Shown here: positions 54,337-64,000 of the stretch, piece after piece
Position numbering within the stretch: position 1 is the first letter of the stretch
Layout: each line of letters opens with the position of its first letter
Origin: Dimorphilus gyrociliatus
Taxonomy: Eukaryota > Animalia > Annelida
Direction of reading: 5' to 3'
Assembly (NCBI GenBank): GCA_904063045.1
Contig: CAJFCJ010000016.1
Location: 310,001-374,000 of the forward strand
DNA length: 64,000 nt
Made by a program: the position numbers and the translations under genes
Notes under the pieces: model-generated
Seen by the model: only the letters and a program-made list of their open reading frames with translations
Told to the model about the DNA's origin: nothing
Databases searched by the model: none

Positions 54337-55161
54337 TTAATTAATTAATATTCATATATTCATATCTACTTTGCACATATATTTACATATATATGTTAAA
54401 CAAAGCACAGGACAAATAATCTAAAAAGTCACTAACTAAAAAAACTATTTATTGTTGAACCAAAAGAGAAAAAAAAAAGTTGAAAAATATTTTCACTATA
54501 CTTGTTTTTATTCAATTAATTGTGTATATTATATTTTAATATTGTTAAAATGTTAATATTCATAATTACTACTTGAAATATATAATCTTCCTCTAACGGA
54601 AGTTTAAAACTATTGTTGTTGTTGTGTTTTTTCTTTTCTTTTCCCATGGCATAAATTATTTTAGGTTTATGTTTCTTTTCAACTATTATTCTGCATCCAA
54701 GAATTGATTATTAGATATTGAATGACGAGGAATATAATCCAAAGATCTATTTAAATTTAAGCCGTAAATAACGTTGGGAAACCTTTCACTAGGTGTATAG
54801 TAGTTTATCAGTCAATTTTTTTTCTTAGCAGTGCCTTTTCTTTTATAATTAGGCGCACATGAGGAAACTTCAAACATATAATTTGCACTTTAACCCTGTC
54901 AAACTAAACTTATTTGAATCAAATGTGCCTAAAATTGAGAGAGAAAAAGAGTGGGAAGAGAGAACTAAATAAAATGTTTTATATTAAAAGAATAACGTCC
55001 TATTAGTATTAATTTTACTAAAAAGAGAAAAAAAAGGCCTAATCCTATCCCTAAATATATTTAGAATCGCTAAAGCGTATAACATCGACCTATTTATATT
55101 ATATGTGAAGAGGCGGTCTCCTTTGCACTGAATGGTACATATTCAATTTTCTTGAATAAAA

Positions 55162-57650
55162 ATGAAAATTGTAAGTGTTATATGGTTGATTTTATCGTTT
55201 TATGCAGAATTAATCACGATAATCAACGGTGAAAGTAAGTATATCAAGATAACTTAAATTAATGTATGACTTATTTCTATAAAATACTGATATATTTAAA
55301 ATAATCAATATTTTTAGTCGGTGACTTCAAAGCAGTTACATTTAATGGTTATGCATGCGAACGTGTTCTCTTAAAAATATCGTGTCCAGACGATTATATT
55401 ATACAAATAACCGATGTTCAATTCGATAGGAAGCCCAATGAGACAAGATGCTTAAATTCTAATCCACAGTACATAATAAAATATTCAGACAACTATTACA
55501 TAAATAATTATTAAATGTAACATTTCTAATATTTATTACATTTTTTTGATTAATAGAAATATTACGGAATGCATAACCAATTCAACAACCTCCCTAAAAG
55601 TTGTCCAAAGAATGTGCAATGGAAAAGAAAAATGCTCTATTCCGTCTGACAGAAACACGTTTGGCATTATTGGTTGCCAAGATTCATCTCCTATCCTTAC
55701 AGTTCGTTTCCAGTGCGAAATTAAGACTTATCATGGATTTTCATGCGAGAATGAGGGTCAATTATCGATTATCTGTCCGCCTAAGCGTTTAATAATAACA
55801 AAATCATCATTCTTTGGACAGAAGAAAGATGATAAATTATGCGACTCATCATCTAGCAATAATAGATCTTGTTCCTCATCGTCAGTTGATGAGTACTATC
55901 GCAGGTTATGTGATAAACGAGAGAGATGCCTTTTAAATACAACATTTGACAATAGCTGCCCATCCAATAGCAGAGGAAATTATCTACAAGTTGAATATGG
56001 TTGCCTAGAGTGTAGAAACAGCTATGGAAATGACGCAGAGTGTGAATTTTGGGCAAATCGTGGCGATTGCAAAAAAAATCCCGATTGGATGAACCTATAC
56101 TGTAGAAAAGCTTGTTGGAAGTGCGATAGTGATAAAACTATAGGTAAATAATTTATTCCCACTTTGAGATAAAAAATAATAAAAAGAAAATTTTTTTTTT
56201 TAAAAAAACAAACAAAAAAGAATGTAAAAATGCTTACAAAAATGATGGACAGTGCAATTATTGGGCGTCCAAGGATGAATGTAGAAAGAATCCTGCTTGG
56301 ATGATGCCGTATTGTCGTAAAGCTTGTTTAAATTGTGATAAAGCCGAAAATGGTAAATTATCTATTTTGGTGTTCATATAAATAAATACTGTTAATTATA
56401 ATTAAGTAATAATTAATCTGATAGGAACAGATTGCATTGATAGAGATAATATGTGTCCATATTGGGAATCCATTGGAGAATGTACAAAAAATCCTCTATG
56501 GATGAAATTTAATTGTAAAGCATCTTGCGAAAAGTGTTACTCTGGTCCCGCAAAATGTCATAACGCTTTGGGAGATGATGAAAGATGTGAATTTTGGTCA
56601 AATATCGGCGAATGTTATCGAAATGCCCCTTATATGATATCCAACTGCTTTAAAGCATGTAGCAGGTGTACACCGTCAAAGAATACTACAACAGGTAATG
56701 TTATATTTATGGAATGGAGGTCACCTACAAAACATAGAACAGAAGGAAAATTCTTGAAATTTTGATTGTTTTTCCTGTTTGCATTGTCATCATCTATCAG
56801 GAAAAGTGCTATGTTAGAAAATTAGATGAAGATAGTAGAACAAACCATAGAGATAGCGAAAAGATTCTATTCCTATGATCCTTTCTTTAGTTTAATTCGT
56901 TTCTCTATTTATGTCACTGCGTCTGATCCCGGAACTTGTTAACTTATATTATAAATATTTACTACAATAAGAAATTAATATGTTTTTCTTTATTTTTAAC
57001 AGAAGACAGCTGTAGAGATGTGTTTTCACCTTCTACTTCCTGTTCAAATTGGGCAAAAATAGGTGAATGTAGAAAAAATCCTGCTTGGATGATACCTTAC
57101 TGCAAAAAATCTTGCAATTGGTGTAAGAATGTTCCTATTAGATTAGATATTTTGGGTCAAGAACCTATTCCAGGAGACACAAAGATACAAACTGATAATA
57201 GAACTATAATACTCAATAAAGCTTTTGAAAGAAGTGTAAGAATTCAATATTTCCTTGCTTTCTTTCAAAACGCCAAGCTGATTAAAGTTCAACTTTGGAG
57301 ACCAATAAATGGTACTTATGAACTAATTTACGAAAAGCTAGTTCATCCTAAAGGCAAAGATTTTATCCAAACGGTAAAATAGAGCATATACTGTATATAT
57401 ATGAATAATTTTGCTGAAGCAAACGTTTTTACCTTAACAGATAGTGGTAGAAAAATGTCTTGTAGCAAAAAAGGGAGATAGATTGGGCTTTTCTCCAGAA
57501 AAAGTTGGAGATTCACCACTCGCAGTTAGATTTAATGTTGAGGAAGCTAGTTATCAAACAGCAATTCAAAAGAAAGCTGGTTCCTTTGACGATTTTAATC
57601 TGCCTTACTCTTTTTCACTATCGGCTGTATACGATGAAGATAAGTGCTAA
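55162..57650 (+). CDS. Secreted protein: signal peptide, 2 SUEL/galactose-binding lectin domains, 5 ShK (ShKT) domains and a C-terminal unnamed domain; exons 55162-55234, 55318-55468, 55557-56143, 56221-56352, 56431-56694, 57003-57373, 57441-57650
   Basis: The signal exon reads MKIVSVIWLILSFYAELITIING. SUEL patterns are 'ACE..LKISCP....IQI..VQF.R' and 'SCENEGQLSIICP....IITKSSFFG...YLQVEYGC'. Five six-Cys ShK motifs follow (e.g. CEFWANRGDCKKNPDWMNLYCRKACWKC). All junctions are GT-AG and in phase; exons 2 and 4 are absent from the ORF track. Confidence 0.88.
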
Positions 57651-58403
57651 CAATTAATAAGATAATTCCTAAATAATTAATAAAAATAATTGGCAAACCA
57701 AGTACAAAAACACATTATACTCACTTCTTTTTTAGCCTTTTAATAGCTTCTAAAACCAAAAATAGAAAAATTACAACAGCTGACGTCATTTAGTAAATGA
57801 TTAATCTTCTTTACACAAACAACCAAACAAAGATTAATTAATAAAGATTACAATTTCTACTTTCGACATAGTAGTTGAACCATGTAAAGTCATATAACTG
57901 TATTAACAATATAAAAATATATGAACCAGTGAAACAGTTAAAAAGTATAACTGGTCATTGCTTAACAAATTATTAAGAGAAAATGATTTTCAATGGATAA
58001 TGTTTTAGATTAACAAAACAAAACATGAAAAACAATCATGAGATACAGGGTGTAGAGAGAATACAGCAAGTAGCGGTTAATACATTTAAAGTATAATTTT
58101 TAAATATTACCGTTAAGGTATAAATACAAAAACTTCCCAAGTATAAATATAAGCCAACGCTGTCCCGTGAATATTTTGTAAGACTATTAATACCGACTTG
58201 ATGCTGAACACAAGACAAATTTGAAATAGATTCTCTTAAGGTAAATCTTTAGAATCTCTTCCTATGAAGGGAGCTTTTTCTTCGCTCATTTTCATCTTTT
58301 AAACAAGCTGTTTGTTGCTGATAGTCAAATGCGTCAGAATCGTTTTCTCTTATGATTCCAATAACTTGTAAAGTATACTTCCAATTTATATTTCACCAAA
58401 AGA

Positions 58404-59701
58404 CTATGTTGCATCGAATTTCTTTAAGGGGGAAGGCTCGTCTTCTTCCCTTTGAGGCTTCTGTTCAGGAATTATTATTCCGTCTATTCGTCTTTCTAAG
58501 CAGATAGGTTCCTTCAGAAATAGTGGATACTTATCAGCTGAACTACTGCTACCTCTTTGCGTTTTCAAATACAGTCTTATTCTATTCATAACATAAGCGT
58601 CTATTGTAGATTTAAGGCTTGGATACCTATTCCCTTCTCTTGTACAATAAAAAAACTTTTCGCCATTGGGTACTTCTCTATAGCGAATTTTGAAATGCCT
58701 TGGAGCCGTTCCGTATCTAATAAATTAAATAAAAAATGAGAAAATGGGTTCAAAAGTTTAACATGCTCTACTGACAATGGACTAATGCAAACAGCTTTTG
58801 AATCAAATTTCCAGATTAGGTATTTACCATCGTGCTGTCTGTTTTCGTTCTCTCGCACATATTGCTGATAATGAGCCAACAGCTAGATATAAAAGAAAGA
58901 AAACATGATAAATAGTATAAATCATCAAGTATACTTGAATAAGGTATGCTATAAACTCACAATGGATTGCGGCGTTTTGCGGCAAACATTTTTAAAGAAG
59001 CCCTGTTCATTTTCAATTTCTCTTATAAACTCTTCAGGTATATCTAAATCAAAACCATTTGTTGAGTCTCTATATTTATTCATAAATGCTCCTTCATTGG
59101 GGTAGGTTGGATATGTTGTACCATCTATCATCCTTTTCGCTTTTGTTGGATCATGTACATCTTCAAGTAATTTTTTATTAAACTCTTCTCTACACCTAAT
59201 AAAATTTGGAAGCTCTTTTTCATCTCGAGATCTTTGACTGGGATCGTCCGACGTCAAAGTATAGTTTACTGATAAAAGAAGAGGATTTGAATGGGCGTTG
59301 GAATTCCTATCTTCTCTGATATCTACAAATTCATCTTCGGGTTTAGATTCAGTTTGCCCCCCAGAATTCAAACGTAAATTTGATATCCGCCTTGTCTCAT
59401 TCTCAGGTATTTGACTGTCATCATGATTAACATTAGATACTTTAAATGATGCTGTTAGCCGAATATCAATAAATCGCAAGTTATCTTTTATTAAATCTCC
59501 TAAATATGTAGTCCATTCAACATTTGATTGTCTGCTTAGAACAAAATCACTGTGTTTAGCGGAATCACAAAGTTCATTTAAAAGATCCAATTTGATGAAT
59601 ATATAGTCATAAATTGTTATTTTTTCTATATCCTTTGAATATCTAATTTCTTTCCGATACGATTCACCTGACCAATCTCTAATTGTCAATTGTAATGACA
59701 T
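58404..59701 (-). CDS. Uncharacterised protein; exons 59701-58961, 58882-(58627 or ~58658), 58600-58404
   Basis: Three consecutive same-strand ORFs have protein-like composition. The donor att|GTGAGT at 58960 joins the acceptor ctag| at 58883 in phase 0. The acceptor caatag| at 58601 joins in phase 1. The 3' end and one donor are uncertain, and I recognise no family. Confidence 0.6.
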
Positions 59702-60329
59702 AGCCCTGAAGCAGGTTAATACTGAAAATTAATACAAAATGTTGTCATATTCCTGTTCATAAATATACTATATAATAGCAAAAATACGAGTGCACATAAG
59801 CATTTAAAAGAGATCGGCAGGAATTCAAAAGATAGACAAGTTTCATTATTATAGTATCTGATATAGTACAAAGTAATTTCGTACCGATCTCGTCATTCTC
59901 GTAATAAAGGAAAATCCCTTTTCTATGGCCTACCAGGCGTACAGAATTTTTATCAAAAAAAATTTTTTTTCTGATCTGCTGTTCAATAAATGTAATACTT
60001 ACTAAATATATGCTATGTCCTTTAAAAATGGAGAAATTTAGTTATTGTGGTACCCCTCAAAGATATTCATGAAAACAACACAATCGAAACAGAATACGTT
60101 GAAATATAGACATTTCGACTTTCGATTTGATCATATCGATTTCACAGAATTCATTTTATATACTCTACACAAAAATCGACAGACCACTCTTATCGTTTAC
60201 AAAAATCAGAATCGATTACAAAAACCGGCTCCCTGTTCCATTTCAAAAACAAGTGAACCTTTATCGTCTGCTATGAATTTTTCCATAGAAACCGATAAAC
60301 ACTAAAAACACAGTGATTTCGTTCAGATA

Positions 60330-61385
60330 ATGGCTGAGAAACCTTATCATCCAGTTGCCCAGGGAGGATTTTGGAATACAGCCCAACCTCCTATTAGTAA
60401 ACAAACACAACAACTTCTTAAAAGTATATTTATTATTTCATTCAAACTTGAAAAGCCAATTTTAATAAAATCATTTTCAGCGGCAATGCAAGAGTCACGT
60501 TTAACGAGCTTCCAGCAAAGACAGCTAAATGATGCGTTGAAAAATGGTCAAGCATTACCTGTTAGATGTAATCCAACGAGCAGTGCGAAAAAGCAAAGCA
60601 AACAAGTGGTCACATTGCCAAAAGGTCCAAGAGTAGATCCGAGGTTAGAATATTTCTCACAAGTATGTAAATAAATACAAACAGATTGTTTATGACGATA
60701 ATATCGTGCACAATTTATTAATGTTTATTTAAATATTAAAGACGTCTTAGTCATATTATTTGTATTTTTAGGAAATAATAATCAGTAAAAATGCCAATAG
60801 AACAATAAATATTTACACTTCCAATAGAAAATTGAATAGCGGAACAAGAAAATTAAAGGAAATTACCTCTTCCGGGGCTTATGAAAGGGATAGATACAAT
60901 CCTGAGCCAATTAATCAGTTTAAAATTAGAGATAAGGAAAGACTGCAAAATATTATGGCCTTTGGAGAGGATGTGAAACCTCCCACTTTAGAAGACCTTA
61001 AGGAAAGACTACGTCAAGCTCAGGAGAGTGATGAAAATAGACGACATAGGAAAGATCGTTTTGAAGAATGTACAAAATAATTTTGTTGTTATTGTTTCTT
61101 CTTGTAAAAGCTTTTCATTTTCTTTTACAGTATATGAAGAGGTTGAAGAACGTAAATCATTTCTTGACAGAATGGAATCAATAGGAAAAGGAAAGGAATA
61201 TAGGCATATAATAAACACGGAAATATCCCGCGTAAGTTAACTATATGTATATAGTATATAAACAACTGCAAAATATTACTACAATTTTATATTATATATA
61301 GCTTATCAGAGAAATGGAAGTTATTGATCGTAAAAGAACCAAAAAGTTAGAAGAAGCTCTCCGTGAACAGGGACAAGACATTTAA
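60330..61385 (+). CDS. EVG1: UPF0193 protein EVG1 (C22orf23 homolog); exons 60330-60423, 60481-60643, 60828-61069, 61131-61231, 61302-61385
   Basis: 'GGFW...SKQTQQLLK.AMQESRLTSFQQRQL', 'SGAYERDRYNP', 'KERLQNIMAFG', 'DRFEEL.EEVEERKSFLDRME..GKGKEYRHII.TEISR.IREME.ID' match the UPF0193 pattern as I recall it. All junctions are in phase. Confidence 0.82.
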
Positions 61386-62055
61386 AAGAAAAAACAATAA
61401 ATTAGAATATAAAAATTAAGACAGAGAGAGGAAAAGAAGAAGAAGAAGAGAAGTGAAAGAAGATTAAATAGTATAATGTGTTCACATATCAGCAAGTATT
61501 GTTTTTTCTTGAATTATAAACAGAGTAACATTAGAAGATGTTTCCCTAAGATTTTATTATGTATTTCATTCACAATTTATTATATTTATTGAATTCTAAA
61601 ACAAACAAATAACAAACAAACAACAGAATTCTTTACTTGTATAAATATAGAAATGAAACATTGCAACGATTTGTTTTCAAACATAGGCAGCTACATATAC
61701 AGTACATATATATTATGTGGAAGAATAATATTTAAATAAATGTACTGAGTGAAACGGTTGTTTTCACACAATGAGAAATACATTTTAAGTATTACGTACT
61801 GTCTATAATGAGTGAGAAAAAGTAGTTCATTAGTCAAATAATTAGAAACAATTGTTTCAAATCTCTTTATAAAAAGAATGTAAATGGCATAAGTGTTGTT
61901 ATTTTAGCTAATTCCTCTTATTTTAAATATAGAATAAATAATAGTTTAATTAATTAGACAAACGTCATAAATTCTGTTATCTAGAAAACGTAATTAAAAC
62001 CTAACAAATATCTATTAATAGAAATATTAGTAATATAACGATGAGTGTCTCTCTC

Positions 62056-63094
62056 CTAACCGGAGGTTATAACTTGAGGTAAATGCCCAATATCGCCAAT
62101 AGATTTAACAAAAACTTCCCCATTGTAGTCTATTTCAATTCTCGTAATACTGGCGTGACCAACAGGCAACTGCAGCCACCTCTGACTCGGTAGTTGTAAA
62201 GATCTAAAGGCGGAATAAAATATAGAATATATTGCTAAAGTGTCATGAATTTTCATTTCTCAAAACCTTAGTATAAGAAATCCAATAATATTCCCATGAC
62301 ACACAAATATATCATTGATATCTTTCTTACTCTGACTCCTATGAAATAATACTTTAAATGATTTCCAAAGTCGTGGACCGTCTTCTACTATTTCCTAATT
62401 ATTAATACACTTTGCGGTAAAATAAAGATTATTCATTTAATCTTGCTCATACTTTATCATCTTTTCTCCAGTATGCTGGAGCAGGGTCAGGGAATACTGG
62501 TCTACCTTCTCTTAGGAAATCAGTGACTTTAACTCTTTTATCCGGAAGGTACTTGTTAATTATGCGAGCTGTATGTTTAGCTCTTTTGAAAGGTGAAGTA
62601 TAAATATTAGTAAAGTTAATGTTCATTGTTGCTAAACGTTTTCCCAGTAAATTAACCTGTCTAACACCTGAAAATATTAAATATTCTATCAATATTAACA
62701 TCCATAACTAATAGTATAAAACTCATACCTTTAAGTGATAATGAATCATTATAATTACCCAATTTTCTTATGAAATGCCCATGCCTTATAAGGTAGATTG
62801 TTCTCACATATTTTGGTGAATTATATCCTTTATGCCTTATTATTTCATAACAGAGAGATAATTTGAATAAATTAATTCAATGAATATATAAATAGTATAC
62901 TTGTCCCATTCATTATTCCATTTCCAGTAGTCGTTTGCAATTTGATCAACAAGACTACCGTCGATAGAGTCCATACCTGTCTCTTTATCGTTCTTCTCTC
63001 CATCTTTCATTTGATACGAAAAAAAAATTAAAATTAGTAAAGTTTGGCAGACAAACAAGAAAATGTGCCCCAGTATCAAATACGTCTGCTTCAT
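62056..63094 (-). CDS. PGAM5: PGAM5-like histidine phosphatase (serine/threonine-protein phosphatase); exons 63094-62901, 62835-62729, 62667-62453, 62394-62267, 62203-62056
   Basis: An N-terminal hydrophobic segment is followed by the WDxxWD-like 'WNNEWD', catalytic 'LIRHG', 'SPFKRAKHT', 'LREGRP', 'EDGPRL', 'FVCHGNII' and 'SLQLP...W' motifs. Four 58-65 nt GT-AG introns are all in phase; the RHG and CHGN exons are missing from the ORF track. Confidence 0.87.
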
Positions 63095-63342
63095 TTTCTC
63101 CTTTTTTAGGGATCCTAAGCCTACAATACTTTAAAAGAAATTTCAATATAGAAGTTAAACGAAGCGTAAAATCCATTATATAGGCCTTGGAGATTTAAAT
63201 ACTTTTCAATACAGATTCACTATAAATATTCATTATAATATTAATAATTTGAATAAATTTAAATAAATCGTTTGAAAAATTTAAGTCATTCAAAATAATT
63301 TAAATATAACATTTACATATTTTGTAAAACAACTGTATAACT

Positions 63343-64000
63343 ATGGAAGGAGAAGTCGTTGACGAAGAAGAAGCAGAAGAAGAGGAAGAGGAGGAGGAGG
63401 AGGAGGAGGAGGAGGAGGTAGAAGAAGGTGAAGAAGTAATAGAACAGGAAGACGATGATGAAATAGAAGTTATGGAAGAGACAAATAATAACATATACTT
63501 TTTAGACGCTTTCGATACTAAAAATGGTCTATTAACAACTTGTCTAAAATGGTCTTTTCTCAACGGTCCCAGCTTTAAAGACATAGTTGAAAGAATTTCA
63601 CAAAACACTAAAGGTTTAATCAATCTAAGAATTCTATCCAACTACGAAATACATTGTAAAACGGGTGAAACTTCATCAAAATCAATCCAATTTTTCGGTT
63701 ATTATAAAGAATTAATATGGCCAATATTAAAACTATTAATACAACAAGATAATCAGGATAATTTGAATATCTTTCTAAATCTTTTATCATTAGATAATAC
63801 CTACTATTGGAAAGAGAATATTATCAATTGTTTATTATATTACAGCTGTAAAGTTGGTTCAAGTAATATAACTATTTACTTATTGGATAGATACAATTAC
63901 AATTTCAACATCTATAACGAAATAGTATTTAACTCGGTTGGTCTTTTATTTAAAAATCAGTCGAATATAGCGCATTTTATTGTGAAAACTAAGATGAATA
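63343..64000 (+). CDS. 5'-complete, 3'-truncated ORF (219 codons, open to the window end) with a poly-Glu N-terminus and possible ankyrin-like repeats
   Basis: ATG63343 begins MEGEVVDEEEAEEEEEEEE..., with no stop codon before 64000. 'LLYYSCKVGSSNITIYLLDRY' resembles an ankyrin helix-loop-helix. It is absent from the ORF track, probably because it has no stop; the listed minus-strand Ser-rich ORF is its antisense shadow. Confidence 0.7.
   Translation, partial: MEGEVVDEEEAEEEEEEEEEEEEEEVEEGEEVIEQEDDDEIEVMEETNNNIYFLDAFDTKNGLLTTCLKWSFLNGPSFKDIVERISQNTKGLINLRILSNYEIHCKTGETSSKSIQFFGYYKELIWPILKLLIQQDNQDNLNIFLNLLSLDNTYYWKENIINCLLYYSCKVGSSNITIYLLDRYNYNFNIYNEIVFNSVGLLFKNQSNIAHFIVKTKMN

Noticed and set aside
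62985-63176. 63-aa ATG ORF overlapping the PGAM5 5' end
   Set aside because: It is out of frame with the WNNEWD/RHG exons and has no usable donor. The ATG63094 frame explains the gene.
63300-63641. 113-aa poly-Ser minus-strand ORF
   Set aside because: It is the antisense of the GAA/GAG poly-Glu tract of the plus-strand ORF at 63343.
1-64000. Prokaryotic systems (CRISPR arrays, operons, IS elements), tRNA/rRNA genes and transposase/RT ORFs
   Set aside because: I saw no regularly spaced direct repeats, tRNA-like T-loop/cloverleaf, rRNA signatures or TE protein motifs. Gene structure is spliceosomal. Degenerate TE fragments cannot be excluded without a repeat library.

Overview
Eukaryotic, very AT-rich animal genomic DNA with spliceosomal GT-AG introns and many (TA)n/(GA)n microsatellites. 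I found no rRNA, tRNA, CRISPR array or recognisable transposon ORF. Twelve protein-coding genes can be assembled by hand from splice sites and reading phase: a KY/hillarin-like transglutaminase-fold protein (+), an FMRFamide-receptor-like GPCR (-), a type I membrane protein with two copies of an unnamed ~140-aa domain (-), an alpha-1 adrenergic-type GPCR (+), a divergent nAChR-like Cys-loop channel (+), Rab43 (-), an SLC16/MCT transporter (+), a secreted SUEL-lectin x2 / ShK x5 protein ending in a third copy of the unnamed domain (+), an orphan gene (-), EVG1/UPF0193 (+), PGAM5 (-) and a truncated acidic ankyrin-like ORF (+). The first 48 kb is gene-sparse with kb-scale GPCR introns; the last 16 kb holds eight genes whose introns are mostly ~55-120 nt. 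Gene content and intron sizes suggest a compact non-arthropod invertebrate genome, probably lophotrochozoan (inference). The main leads are: the unnamed 'QxWR...GD..G...LPY' extracellular domain shared by two unrelated genes, with an identically placed intron; recurring CTCF-like 13-mers, mostly between genes; an apparent AG>GG splice-acceptor loss in the MCT gene; a Cys-loop channel that has lost most of its agonist aromatic box; and an invertebrate alpha-1 adrenergic receptor with the vertebrate-type TM6 intron. All exon coordinates are manual predictions without transcript support.
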